Virus record (IMG/VR): IMGVR_UViG_3300013132_000041
Span: 11,569 to 75,568 of that record
Origin: a virus
Strand: one strand, 5' to 3'
DNA length: 64,000 bases
In this document: piece after piece, positions 50,832 through 60,442 of the stretch
Layout: the number at the start of each line of letters is the position of its first letter
How positions within the stretch are numbered: position 1 is the first letter of the stretch
Position numbers and translations under genes: made by a program
The notes under the pieces: generated by a model
The model's database searches: none
Seen by the model: the letters and a program-made list of their open reading frames with translations, nothing else
What the model was told of the DNA's origin: nothing

Positions 50832-51711
50832 AACCCAACATAGTAAAATAGGAACTTTTGTTTCAAGATCAAAAAGAAATACGTGGGCTGAAGAACAGGA
50901 AAATATATTAAGACAAATTTGCCCATATCCTATAAGTTATGATATTCACACTTACAGTCCCAATTTAAGCAATCTTAACTTCACCGAATATGAATATACT
51001 GAGTTACTGGGTGGTATTTGGGTAAATCCCCAATGCCTTGAAATCACATGTAGAATGGTTCAAGACGCCTCATTAGAAAATAACAATATTTTAACTAATA
51101 ATCAAATAAAAAATATAATGGGGGACAAATATGATCTTTCCCCCGTAAGTGACAAATGGAAATCAGCTAAAAAAATTATTTTTATGCCCGGGCACAATTT
51201 ACTTCCTTTGGCAAGCCATGAAACAATTAGCCAACTAATGTTCAATAATAACGATATATTTTTAAAACCGCATCCTATAACATTTGATAGAATAATAGAA
51301 TCTTTTGGTAGAGAATTTGGATGGGATAGAGTAATAGGAAGGGAAATATCTGGGTATTCTTTGTTAGAACAATGCGATGAGGTTTATACAACATCTGCTT
51401 CAGAGATGGCAATATCTGGTATTTTATTAGATAAGAAAATATTTAATGTTTCAAATTTTCTTAATGAGGGGTATGGTGCTTATTATGCACTGAATAGATT
51501 AATTTTTAATGCTAAAAATAACTATGAAGCAAAGGCAAAAATAAGTAACGTATTTCAATCTGAATGGTCTGGTATTTGTTTTCCGCACCACAATAATATT
51601 AAAGAAAGATTTGAAAGCTTTTTTACGAAATCTTTAGAATATAAAGAAAAATATAAACCTTTATCCCCACCATGGCATCCCAAATTAAAAGTGAAGGATG
51701 AATCTAATTAG
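50818..51711 (+). CDS. Hypothetical protein, possible GT-B/capsule-biosynthesis-like enzyme
   Basis: FLKPHP and LLEQCDEVYTTSASE.AI..IL..K resemble KpsC/KpsS-type motifs; start set at 50818. Confidence 0.45.
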   Translation: MRDNKTQHSKIGTFVSRSKRNTWAEEQENILRQICPYPISYDIHTYSPNLSNLNFTEYEYTELLGGIWVNPQCLEITCRMVQDASLENNNILTNNQIKNIMGDKYDLSPVSDKWKSAKKIIFMPGHNLLPLASHETISQLMFNNNDIFLKPHPITFDRIIESFGREFGWDRVIGREISGYSLLEQCDEVYTTSASEMAISGILLDKKIFNVSNFLNEGYGAYYALNRLIFNAKNNYEAKAKISNVFQSEWSGICFPHHNNIKERFESFFTKSLEYKEKYKPLSPPWHPKLKVKDESN

Positions 51712-52295
51712 TTATTATTAAAAAAAATTCTATTTTTATAGATATACCATCCTGTTAAAATTAATTTTTCGTCTTCAGTTGCAGGATAACCTCTGTGCAC
51801 GTGTGTGAAATCTGCAGGCCAAATTAAAGTTAACCCTTTTTTTGGTTTTATTTTTAAATTATAATATAAAAATTCTGTTTCACCTCCGTTTTCTATATCA
51901 TTAAGATATGTTAGAAATACAGCTTTTCTAAACATTTTTCCGTTTTCGGGAGGTCCTTGTTCCGGATGCCAATTTTTATAATTTTTTCCTGGTAAATAAT
52001 GTTGAAAATTAAATGGTGTACTTGGCCTAATGTAGTTATCACCATTATATAAAATATATTTGTAGTTTTTTGCATATTGTAAAAACAGACCATCAAGAAA
52101 ATGAAGATACTCTTGTACCAATAAGGTAGGTAATTTTTCAGAAGATATCATAGTATATCCTCTTTCCTCCCCGTTAGGTTTAAAATCTTTTCTTTTAGAT
52201 TTAAATTCATTTAAAAAAGATTCAACTATCTCATCATCTAGAAAAGTACTACCTATAAAAGTTTCTTCGCCCCGCATTCCTTGTACCGGCGTCAT
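51708..52295 (-). CDS. 2OG-Fe(II) oxygenase
   Basis: WHPE, YLNDIENGGETEF, WPADFTHVHRG, K.ILTGW. Confidence 0.88.
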   Translation of the reverse strand: MTPVQGMRGEETFIGSTFLDDEIVESFLNEFKSKRKDFKPNGEERGYTMISSEKLPTLLVQEYLHFLDGLFLQYAKNYKYILYNGDNYIRPSTPFNFQHYLPGKNYKNWHPEQGPPENGKMFRKAVFLTYLNDIENGGETEFLYYNLKIKPKKGLTLIWPADFTHVHRGYPATEDEKLILTGWYIYKNRIFFNNN

Positions 52296-52957
52296 ATCAA
52301 AAGCTCCGTGGCTTCTTCCTTAGAACCTAATGTACCTGTTACGAACGTATTGAACGCTATGGAAATTCTAGTTTCATTGGAATTAATTTTATCTATCTGA
52401 TGCATAAGATGAGATGGAAAAATTATTAATGATCCCTCTTCTACTTTCACTTTTTCTAATTTTCTAAATATAGCATTTTTCATTGGTTTAGTTTTGTCAA
52501 AAAAATCTAACACTATAAAGTTAGGTTTCAATGAAAATGATTGAGAATTTAAAAATGTTAATGTATCATTCTTGTCTGTTTTAATGTAGTAAACACCAGA
52601 TAGAATACTATTACTGTGAATATGTCCATGCGCCATTTGTTCTTTTTTACCTATTACTAACCATGATTGAGTAATTATGGGTTTTAAATTAGGATTTATA
52701 TTTAATACTTCTTTAAAAATATGATCTATTTTTTCCAAAATAATATTTTTTAAATCTAGCATAGCATCATTATCCAAAACATTTTTATTTCTAGAATGCA
52801 TCACTGGATTAACCATATTTGAATTAGAAGAAACCATATCTTTTTGTAAATTATTTACATAATTCCATTCTATGGTATCAAGAATATTTTTTCTTTCTAA
52901 ATTTTCTTTTATAAAAAAATGATTAGGAAAAAGATAATTAATTTTAGTATTCATCAT
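52292..52957 (-). CDS. Putative 2OG-Fe(II) oxygenase (TIGR02466-like)
   Basis: QSW, HIHSNSILSGVYY, IFPSHLMH, RISIAFN. Confidence 0.85.
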   Translation of the reverse strand: MMNTKINYLFPNHFFIKENLERKNILDTIEWNYVNNLQKDMVSSNSNMVNPVMHSRNKNVLDNDAMLDLKNIILEKIDHIFKEVLNINPNLKPIITQSWLVIGKKEQMAHGHIHSNSILSGVYYIKTDKNDTLTFLNSQSFSLKPNFIVLDFFDKTKPMKNAIFRKLEKVKVEEGSLIIFPSHLMHQIDKINSNETRISIAFNTFVTGTLGSKEEATELLI

Positions 52958-53612
52958 CTATACTTAAAAAGGAAACGAGAGTTAATCTAGGTGTTTTGCT
53001 TTCTGAAAAAAAAGTTTTTACTCCGTGGTATTGTCTAGAATCGAACGAAAACATTCTGTTGAATTTATTTTTACATTCATAATCTTCTTCAAATTGTTCC
53101 CAATGTATTTGCATTTTTTCATCAAAATTTTCCACCTTAATTTTTTTTGTTAAAAAGGGTACCTTTATTTCTGATGCAAAATAAACGTCTTTTACTTTAT
53201 TCCTTAACTGAAAGATAGTTGTACCGGCAAAAATATCTTCAGGATAATTAAGATACACTATAGCAGTATGTGTCACCTTGCCATTATTTTTTTGCCCCCC
53301 CCATTCACCATAATCATGATGTATAAATCCTTTATTGGTAGTATCATCTGGATTATCAGAGAAAGGACTAATTCTATGAAAATATGAATTTATTCTTACC
53401 TTTGTCTTTGGTGTAGTATAAATAAATCTACCATGTTTAAATAACAGTTTAATTAAATACTCGCCAAAATCTGGATATTTTCTACACAATTCTACAGTTC
53501 TTTGCCCTGGCCAATGTCCAGTATTACTATATTCATATTCTTGTTCATTAGAAAATCTATGAATATCTTCAGGATCTTCAAAAAAGTTATCTACTATTAT
53601 AGAAGCATTCAT
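52944..53612 (-). CDS. Putative 2OG-Fe(II) oxygenase-like protein
   Basis: IVDNFFEDP, WPGQRT, GFIHHD, IVYLN, GT, NKFNR..FDSRQYH, RLT. Confidence 0.75.
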   Translation of the reverse strand: MNASIIVDNFFEDPEDIHRFSNEQEYEYSNTGHWPGQRTVELCRKYPDFGEYLIKLLFKHGRFIYTTPKTKVRINSYFHRISPFSDNPDDTTNKGFIHHDYGEWGGQKNNGKVTHTAIVYLNYPEDIFAGTTIFQLRNKVKDVYFASEIKVPFLTKKIKVENFDEKMQIHWEQFEEDYECKNKFNRMFSFDSRQYHGVKTFFSESKTPRLTLVSFLSIDDEY

Positions 53613-54289
53613 ATTTTAATATCCACGTAATTTATTTCAGTTGATCCCAGTTTTCCAAAAGGAAAAATATTAAAAACTAAGGATAATCTATCGTTATTTG
53701 ATTTTATAGGTTCAATCATGTGATAAGTGTGTGAAGAAAAAATTAAAATATCTCCAGTATTAACTGGTATATTACATTGTTTTTGAACTAATAATGATCC
53801 TGGATTTTCTTTACTTGGTTTGGATATGTCCAAAGAAAATCTATCCACTAAGGGCATTTGCGAAAAAGAAATGTAATCTTCTGTTTTATCAGCATGTAAA
53901 TATAATATTCCAGACATAAAACTATTACTATGATTATGTAGAATACTTTTCTGATTCTTTTTACCTAAAACTATCCAAGATGTTGTAATTTGCATAGAAA
54001 CATCTGAAGTAGTAGCATAAATATTTTTAGATAAATCTTGAACATAGTTTGTAAGCCATGCTTTTAGATTGATTAATTTTGAACTGTTAAGAACATAATT
54101 ATTTGAACTAACCTGTATGTAGTTCTCTGGTGATTCTACATATGTAGATTTGGTGTTAGAGATTTCTGATAAGATGTAATCATATTCGTCTTTAGAAAAA
54201 GCTTGGTCAATATCTGGTCTTTTGACTTGTTCAATAGTAAAAAAATGTGTCGGAAACATATAATTTATTTTTGGCATATTCACTCGCAT
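53609..54289 (-). CDS. Putative 2OG-Fe(II) oxygenase (TIGR02466-like)
   Basis: TSW, HNHSNSFMSGILY, IFSSHTYH, RLSLVFN; paralogue of 52292-52957. Confidence 0.85.
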   Translation of the reverse strand: MRVNMPKINYMFPTHFFTIEQVKRPDIDQAFSKDEYDYILSEISNTKSTYVESPENYIQVSSNNYVLNSSKLINLKAWLTNYVQDLSKNIYATTSDVSMQITTSWIVLGKKNQKSILHNHSNSFMSGILYLHADKTEDYISFSQMPLVDRFSLDISKPSKENPGSLLVQKQCNIPVNTGDILIFSSHTYHMIEPIKSNNDRLSLVFNIFPFGKLGSTEINYVDIKI

Positions 54290-54326
54290 AATTTATTAGA
54301 TATATATAATTTTATTTTGGCCTTAT

Positions 54327-56030
54327 ATGATAAAAAAATGTAAAATTGTCTTGATGACTATGTTCAAAAATGAATCTAAAAATTTGAAAAGAATGTTAGA
54401 TTCTACTATAGGATTCGTTGATTATTACATTTTTCAAAACAATGGCTCAAATGATGGTTCTGAAATTATTGCAAATAATTTCTTAAAAGAAAATAACTAT
54501 TTGGGGCATGTGTATTTTTTAGAAGAAGGATGGATAAGCTTTGGTTGGAATAGAGATCATTTGCTACAGCATGTTCAAAATAGTAACCATGATTGCAATT
54601 GGATTTTAAATATAGATTGTGATGAAATCCTACAGATAGACACTAATTTCAATTGGGATATTTTTAATAATTTAGATATTCATAGTTTTGAGGTTACTGC
54701 AGATTTCAATGGTAACTTATATCAGCGTGCTAGAATTTATAATTCTAGATTTTTTTGGAAATTTAATCATGATCTAGCACACGAAACAATTTATATGAGC
54801 GAACCTAATTTAGGTGAAAATTTTGATAGGTATATACTAGATCCTGGGTTTAGACAGATAGGATACCCAGAAGGACAAAGTTGGCAAAATCCACATAAAT
54901 TTCTATTTGATGCACTTTGTTTTGAACAAAAACTTATAGAAGAAAATACTTTACTTACAGATATGTATCATTTTTGGTACATAGGCAAAAGTTATTTTGA
55001 TTGTTTTAGAAGCCATTATCCTTTAGGAAAAAAACAACAAGAAGAATATGCAAAACGTTGTATATTTTATTTTAAAGAATATCTTAACATAGTACATGAT
55101 TTTGAAACAGATTATACTGCAAAATTTATAGATGAAAAATCTTATTTTACTATGGTTTGTATAGCTGAAGTTTATTATTTCTTAGAAAATTTTGAAGAAA
55201 ATATATGTACGTTAGAAAAAGCAGAACAATTTTGTCCAGAAAGAAACGATCATCTTATAGCATTGGCTGAAACTTATCAAAATTTAAAAGATTTTAGTAA
55301 TATGTTAAAGATAACATCTAAATTAACATTGTCTGAAAGAAGAAATCCATATCCCAAATTTAACTTCATTATTAATAAAAATCATTATTATGATACTGGT
55401 ACGTATGTAAAAGAATTACATAATAAAGCTTTAGAGAATATGAAAGATAATAAAATGTATATATCTGCTCTTAACAAAGATTACAAGAAAAGAATATTCG
55501 TAGTAGATGATTTTTACACTGATCCGTATAAAATTAGAGAATATGCTTTAGGTGTAGAATACTCTCCAGATATTAGATATTATAAAGGATCTAGGTCTAC
55601 CCAACAACACATTTTCCAAGGAACTAAAGAAATATTCGAATCAATTATTGGTGAAAAAATACAACGTTTTCATGAACATGGTATGTGTGGTAGATTTCAA
55701 ATTTGTACTTCAGAAGATCCTATAGTATACCATAATGATGATCAAAAATGGGCTGCTATGATTTACTTATCTCCAGACGCTCCTTTCAGTACAGGTACAA
55801 AGCTTTTAGCAAACAAATTTTCTAAAGCAAGATCTGCTGAAGATGAAGGATACATTAATGCCTTTGATGGTGGATTTTTTGATAGCACAAAATTTGAGAT
55901 AGTAGATAATATAGGAAATGTATTTAACAGGTTAATTATTTTTAACTCTAAATGTATACATGCAGCATCTCAATATTTTGGGCAAGATAAAAATTCTGGT
56001 AGATTAACACATTTATTTTTCTTTGATTAA
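54327..56030 (+). CDS. Glycosyltransferase + TPR-like region + C-terminal 2OG oxygenase-like domain
   Basis: MFKNES..L.R.L.S, FGWNR, IDCDE, HE; C-terminal VVDDFY.DP, HND, YLSP, NVFNRL, H, RLT. Confidence 0.75.
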   Translation: MIKKCKIVLMTMFKNESKNLKRMLDSTIGFVDYYIFQNNGSNDGSEIIANNFLKENNYLGHVYFLEEGWISFGWNRDHLLQHVQNSNHDCNWILNIDCDEILQIDTNFNWDIFNNLDIHSFEVTADFNGNLYQRARIYNSRFFWKFNHDLAHETIYMSEPNLGENFDRYILDPGFRQIGYPEGQSWQNPHKFLFDALCFEQKLIEENTLLTDMYHFWYIGKSYFDCFRSHYPLGKKQQEEYAKRCIFYFKEYLNIVHDFETDYTAKFIDEKSYFTMVCIAEVYYFLENFEENICTLEKAEQFCPERNDHLIALAETYQNLKDFSNMLKITSKLTLSERRNPYPKFNFIINKNHYYDTGTYVKELHNKALENMKDNKMYISALNKDYKKRIFVVDDFYTDPYKIREYALGVEYSPDIRYYKGSRSTQQHIFQGTKEIFESIIGEKIQRFHEHGMCGRFQICTSEDPIVYHNDDQKWAAMIYLSPDAPFSTGTKLLANKFSKARSAEDEGYINAFDGGFFDSTKFEIVDNIGNVFNRLIIFNSKCIHAASQYFGQDKNSGRLTHLFFFD

Positions 56031-56031
56031 T

Positions 56032-57288
56032 ATGAAATTTAGTTTAATTACACCCACACATAGTTTTAAAAATCTACCTTTTCTTTTAGAACTTTATGCA
56101 AGTATAAAAGACCAAACATATACTGATTGGGAGTGGATTCTAATATTAAATGGTGAGTTGCAACCATACGATATACCTAATTTTTTATACGAAAATACTA
56201 AAGTAAAAGTATATAAAATTGAGAATAATAAAAATATAGGTTTTTTAAAAAATCAAGCAGGTAAGTTTGCTACAGGTGATGTGATTGTAGAAGTGGATCA
56301 CGACGACTTAATTACTTTTGATTGTTTGGATGAATTGCATAAAGCTTATCAAGATAAAGATATAGGTTTTGTTTTTAGTAATGATGCAATTTACCAAGCT
56401 AATGGAGAATTTATTCCTTACAATCCAGCATATGGTTGGAAATATAAAAAAGTAAATTGGGGAAACAAAGAGTTGTTTGTCATGGATTCGTTCGAACCTA
56501 CTAGTCATAGTTTGTCATTTATATGGTATTCCCCAGATCATGTAAGATCTTGGAAAAAAGAAGTTTATGATAGTCTAGGCGGATTCAACCCAGAGATGAA
56601 TGTTTGTGAAGATCATGAACTAATGGTTAGAACCTATTTAAAAACTAGATTTAAAAAAATTGAAAAACCTTTATATATCTATAGAGTAACAGGTGATAAT
56701 ACATCTATCAATCATAGAAATGCTGAAATTCAAATTAAAACTAAAGAAATTTTTAATGATTATGCGTATGATTTAGCAGAAAGAGATGCTAAACTTAATA
56801 ATTTGAAAATGGTAGATTTGGGAGGAGGCATAAATGCCAGGCCCGGTTATATAACTATAGACATAGCTGATGCAGACATCGTGCATGATTTGAATAAAGG
56901 CATCCCTTTACCTGATAATAGTGTGGGTGTACTAAATGCTAGTCACATATTAGAACATCTTAAAGATCCTATTAAATCTATGAGCGAAATTTATAGAGTA
57001 CTAGTGCATGGAGGTTGGGCATTTATTGAAGTGCCAAGCACTGACGGAAGAGGAGCATTCCAGGATCCCACACATATTAGTTTTTGGAACGAAAATAGTT
57101 TTATGTATTATACAGATAAAAATCTTGCTAAGTATATTAGAAACGATAAGATTAGATTTTGTGTTTATAGGTGTGAAACTTTTTTCCCCAACGAATGGAT
57201 GAAAAGTATAAATAGTTGTGTTACTGTAGCTTGGTTATATGCTATTAAAAATAATGAAATACGTTTACCTGGATTATGGAACATATGA
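56032..57288 (+). CDS. GT2 glycosyltransferase fused to SAM methyltransferase
   Basis: FSLITPTH, QTY.DWEW, EVDHDD, EDHEL; VDLGGG, ASHILEHL, EIYRVL..GG, DPTH. Confidence 0.85.
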   Translation: MKFSLITPTHSFKNLPFLLELYASIKDQTYTDWEWILILNGELQPYDIPNFLYENTKVKVYKIENNKNIGFLKNQAGKFATGDVIVEVDHDDLITFDCLDELHKAYQDKDIGFVFSNDAIYQANGEFIPYNPAYGWKYKKVNWGNKELFVMDSFEPTSHSLSFIWYSPDHVRSWKKEVYDSLGGFNPEMNVCEDHELMVRTYLKTRFKKIEKPLYIYRVTGDNTSINHRNAEIQIKTKEIFNDYAYDLAERDAKLNNLKMVDLGGGINARPGYITIDIADADIVHDLNKGIPLPDNSVGVLNASHILEHLKDPIKSMSEIYRVLVHGGWAFIEVPSTDGRGAFQDPTHISFWNENSFMYYTDKNLAKYIRNDKIRFCVYRCETFFPNEWMKSINSCVTVAWLYAIKNNEIRLPGLWNI

Positions 57289-57887
57289 AATATAGTATTC
57301 CACCGTATGCTAATAAAAATGAGGGTTTAGTTTATGTTGAATGGAAAAATGCTTTTTCCGAAAATGATATTTTATCAATCATTTCTATAGGCGAATCATT
57401 ACCCTTTAATGAAGCTGGGATAGTAAATGATAAGGATTCAACCATTTTAAATTTAAATGCAAGGCGTTCTAAAACGTCTTGGATAAATTTAAACAATGAG
57501 ACCGAGTGGTTATACGAAAAAATAGCATATATGGTTAGAGAAGTCAATGCTGATTTTTATAGATTTGATATAGACGGGTTGTATGAATCATTACAATATA
57601 CTATTTACGAATCCGAAAAACAAAGTTATTATAATTGGCATACGGACATAGGAGTATATGGATCCAGATCTATAACTAGAAAAATTTCAATGAGTCTGTT
57701 ATTATCAGATCCTTATGACTTTGAGGGAGGCGATTTAGAAATTTGGGGGTCCAATAATACAACTGCGACCAAAGAAAAAGGATGCCCTATATTTTTTCCA
57801 TCATATAATCTTCATAGAGTGACTCCTGTAACTAGGGGTATACGTAAATCGTTAGTAGTTTGGATAGGTGGTCCAGCATTTAAATAG
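57285..57887 (+). CDS. 2OG-Fe(II) oxygenase (PKHD/P4Hc-like)
   Basis: LQYTIY, YNWHTD, RKISMS.LLSDP.DFEGGDL, FPSY..HRVTPVT.G.RKSLV.W..GP.FK. Confidence 0.9.
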   Translation: MKYSIPPYANKNEGLVYVEWKNAFSENDILSIISIGESLPFNEAGIVNDKDSTILNLNARRSKTSWINLNNETEWLYEKIAYMVREVNADFYRFDIDGLYESLQYTIYESEKQSYYNWHTDIGVYGSRSITRKISMSLLLSDPYDFEGGDLEIWGSNNTTATKEKGCPIFFPSYNLHRVTPVTRGIRKSLVVWIGGPAFK

Positions 57888-57902
57888 CCAAAATAGTATC
57901 CT

Positions 57903-57910
57903 TATAAATA
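57903..57910 (+). promoter_or_regulatory. T4-type late promoter TATAAATA
   Basis: Exact consensus upstream of the structural gene at 57929. Confidence 0.75.
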
Positions 57911-57928
57911 TTACTATAGGGGGAAATT

Positions 57929-58264
57929 ATGGCTGTTACATCTAATCTAGTAATAGATCAAGGTTCTGATTTTAGTATAGTCATTCGTTATTTGGATGAT
58001 GATGGAACCGCAATTGATCTAACAGGATTTCAAGCACGCTCTAAAATGCGCAGATCGTATTATTCTGCGAATGCAACTACTTTTGGCGCAGATATATCAG
58101 ACCCAGCTAACGGTAATGTTACATTAACCTTAAATTCTAATACTACTGCTAATTTAAAAGCAGGCAGATACGTTTATGATGTGGAAGTAGTAGCTAATGC
58201 TACTTATACTGTTACTAGAATAGTAGAAGGCACCATAACTGTAATGCCTGAGGTAACTAAATGA
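57929..58264 (+). CDS. Small virion structural protein
   Basis: NLVIDQGSDF, DLTGF, GRYVYDVE, RIVEG...V.PEVT; late promoter. Confidence 0.7.
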   Translation: MAVTSNLVIDQGSDFSIVIRYLDDDGTAIDLTGFQARSKMRRSYYSANATTFGADISDPANGNVTLTLNSNTTANLKAGRYVYDVEVVANATYTVTRIVEGTITVMPEVTK

Positions 58265-58890
58265 CAGTAATACTAGCTACTAAGCAAAAAAATGCACAAT
58301 TAGTAATTAATAAAGGCGGTGTTGCAGGACCAGCTGGTCCTGCAGGGCCCACTGGTCCTCAAGGTGCTACAGGAGCTGTAGGATCCACAGGTCCACAGGG
58401 TCCACAGGGAGCACAGGGGGCCACAGGTATAGGTGCCCAGGGTCCTCAAAGTTCTTCAGGTATATCACCTAGCACCGGAGTTGTTGCTGGTACGTATGGT
58501 GGAGCTAGTAATGTAGCAGTAATTACAGTTGCAGCAAATGGTTTGATATTTTTCGCAGGCAATGCCGCAGTAGCAGGTGTTAGTAATTTTCAAGCTTCTG
58601 GAAATACATTTACAATTACAACTAGTTCTGGAGCTAGTTTTTTAGCAAATATTCAACCAAATTCTGTAAGATTATCTACAGATACATCTGGGCCTTACGT
58701 TGCAAATTTGGTAGCAGGAACAGGGGTCTCCTTACTTAATTTAGGGGATGAGGGCACAACGCCAACCATAGCAATAGGGCAAGATGTAGGTACATCTAAT
58801 AGTGTAGTATTTGCTAATATAACTTCCAATTACAATGTTACTGTGAACGCTAATTTATCTTTTAATTTGGTAGATGCCGGAGAATATTAA
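58261..58890 (+). CDS. Short collagen-containing fibre/whisker-like protein
   Basis: GPAGPAGPTGPQ run plus modules shared with the other fibres; next to neck genes. Confidence 0.7.
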   Translation: MTVILATKQKNAQLVINKGGVAGPAGPAGPTGPQGATGAVGSTGPQGPQGAQGATGIGAQGPQSSSGISPSTGVVAGTYGGASNVAVITVAANGLIFFAGNAAVAGVSNFQASGNTFTITTSSGASFLANIQPNSVRLSTDTSGPYVANLVAGTGVSLLNLGDEGTTPTIAIGQDVGTSNSVVFANITSNYNVTVNANLSFNLVDAGEY

Positions 58891-59627
58891 TGTCAACAAC
58901 AAGACAAGGGCTTATAGATTACTGTCTACGTAAACTAGGTCATCCTGTTATAGAAATAAATGTAGATGATGATCAATTAGAGGATCGTATAGATGAAGCT
59001 TTGGCATTTTACAGAGAATTTCATTATGATGCTGTGGAATTAGTTTATTTAAAACATCAAATTACTCAAGCAGATATAGACAATCAATATCTAACTCTTA
59101 GTGATGCTATTACCGGTGTAACTAAAGTATTTCCATTTTCCAATAGAACTACTGGTATTAATATTTTTGACATTAGATATCAAATTCTTATTAATGATCT
59201 TTACAGTTTAATGTCTACTGATTTAATCTATTATTCGCAAGTTAGACAACACCTTGAACTAATCAATATGATGCTTGTAGGACAAAAACCTATTAGATTC
59301 AATCGTCATATGAACAGATTATTCATTGATATGGATTGGGAAGAGGATGTTGATGTAGGAGATTTTATAGTAATAGAATGTTATCGTATTTTAGATCCAG
59401 ATACTTATACTGACGTCTATAACGATAGAATACTTAAAAAATATGCAGCTGCTTTAATTAAAAGGCAATGGGGAGCAAATCTAAAGAAGTTTAGTGGTGT
59501 TCAATTACCTGGCGGAGTTCAACTTAATGGGCAAATAATCTACGATGAAGCTGAAACAGAAATAAAAGCAATTGAAGAAGAAACAAGAAGTACTTATGAA
59601 TTACCTGTAGATATGTTTGTAGGCTAA
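58890..59627 (+). CDS. gp13: Neck protein gp13
   Basis: YCLRKLGHPVIEINVDDDQLEDRIDEAL, KRQWGANL.KF.GVQLPGGV. Confidence 0.93.
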   Translation: MSTTRQGLIDYCLRKLGHPVIEINVDDDQLEDRIDEALAFYREFHYDAVELVYLKHQITQADIDNQYLTLSDAITGVTKVFPFSNRTTGINIFDIRYQILINDLYSLMSTDLIYYSQVRQHLELINMMLVGQKPIRFNRHMNRLFIDMDWEEDVDVGDFIVIECYRILDPDTYTDVYNDRILKKYAAALIKRQWGANLKKFSGVQLPGGVQLNGQIIYDEAETEIKAIEEETRSTYELPVDMFVG

Positions 59628-59648
59628 TATCATCTAGGCTCATAGAAG

Positions 59649-59677
59649 AGAATAACACCTTGTCTATACTTTGTCAA
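59649..59677 (-). promoter_or_regulatory. Antisense sigma70-like promoter in the gp13-gp14 spacer
   Basis: Minus strand TTGACA-17 nt-TATTCT with extended -10 TG. Confidence 0.55.
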
Positions 59678-59692
59678 TAGAAAAGAACAATA

Positions 59693-60442
59693 ATGGCAAC
59701 CAATCACTATTTTCAATCAGGTATACCGATGGGGATGCGCTCAGAAAGCCATCTGCACGAAGACCTGATAATTGAATGTCTTAAAATTTATGGTTTTGAT
59801 GTATACTATTTAAATAGAGAATCGGTTAACGAAGATTTAATTTTAAATGAAGATCCTTTAAATAAATTTACTAATGCATATCAAATAGAAATGTATTTGG
59901 AAAATGTAGAAGGATTCGGTGGCGATGGTGCCTTGATGTCTAAATTTGGTTTAGAGATTAGAGATACAGCTACGTTTTTAGTATCAAGACGCAGATGGGA
60001 TTTGGAAATAGGCAGATCTGGTAATGCTATTTTATCAAATAGACCTTCTGAGGGGGACCTAATATATTTTCCATTAACTAAATCTTATTTTGAAATAAGA
60101 AAAGTTGTAGCAACCAATCCATTTTTTCAGGTTGGACAATTATACGTTTATCGTTTAGAATGTGAATTATATCAGTACAGCTCCGAAGAAATAAGCACTC
60201 AAGATTCTACAATTGATGATACTTTGGGTGCGTACTCTATCAATATTAGCGATTACGAAATTCTATTAGAATCTGGAGAAAAATTATTGTTAGAATACGA
60301 AACTCCTTCAGTTGTTATTCGTGAAGAATATGAGTTGAAAGATATAGACAAAATTTCAGATAATGAAAATTTTGATACAAATATATCTGACATACTAGAT
60401 TTTACTGAACGAAATCCTTTCGGTGAGGTCTATAATGCTTGA
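59693..60442 (+). CDS. gp14: Neck protein gp14
   Basis: EDLIIE.LKIYG.DVYYL, SKFGLEIRD, RPSEGDLIYFP, DFTERNPFGE. Confidence 0.93.
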   Translation: MATNHYFQSGIPMGMRSESHLHEDLIIECLKIYGFDVYYLNRESVNEDLILNEDPLNKFTNAYQIEMYLENVEGFGGDGALMSKFGLEIRDTATFLVSRRRWDLEIGRSGNAILSNRPSEGDLIYFPLTKSYFEIRKVVATNPFFQVGQLYVYRLECELYQYSSEEISTQDSTIDDTLGAYSINISDYEILLESGEKLLLEYETPSVVIREEYELKDIDKISDNENFDTNISDILDFTERNPFGEVYNA

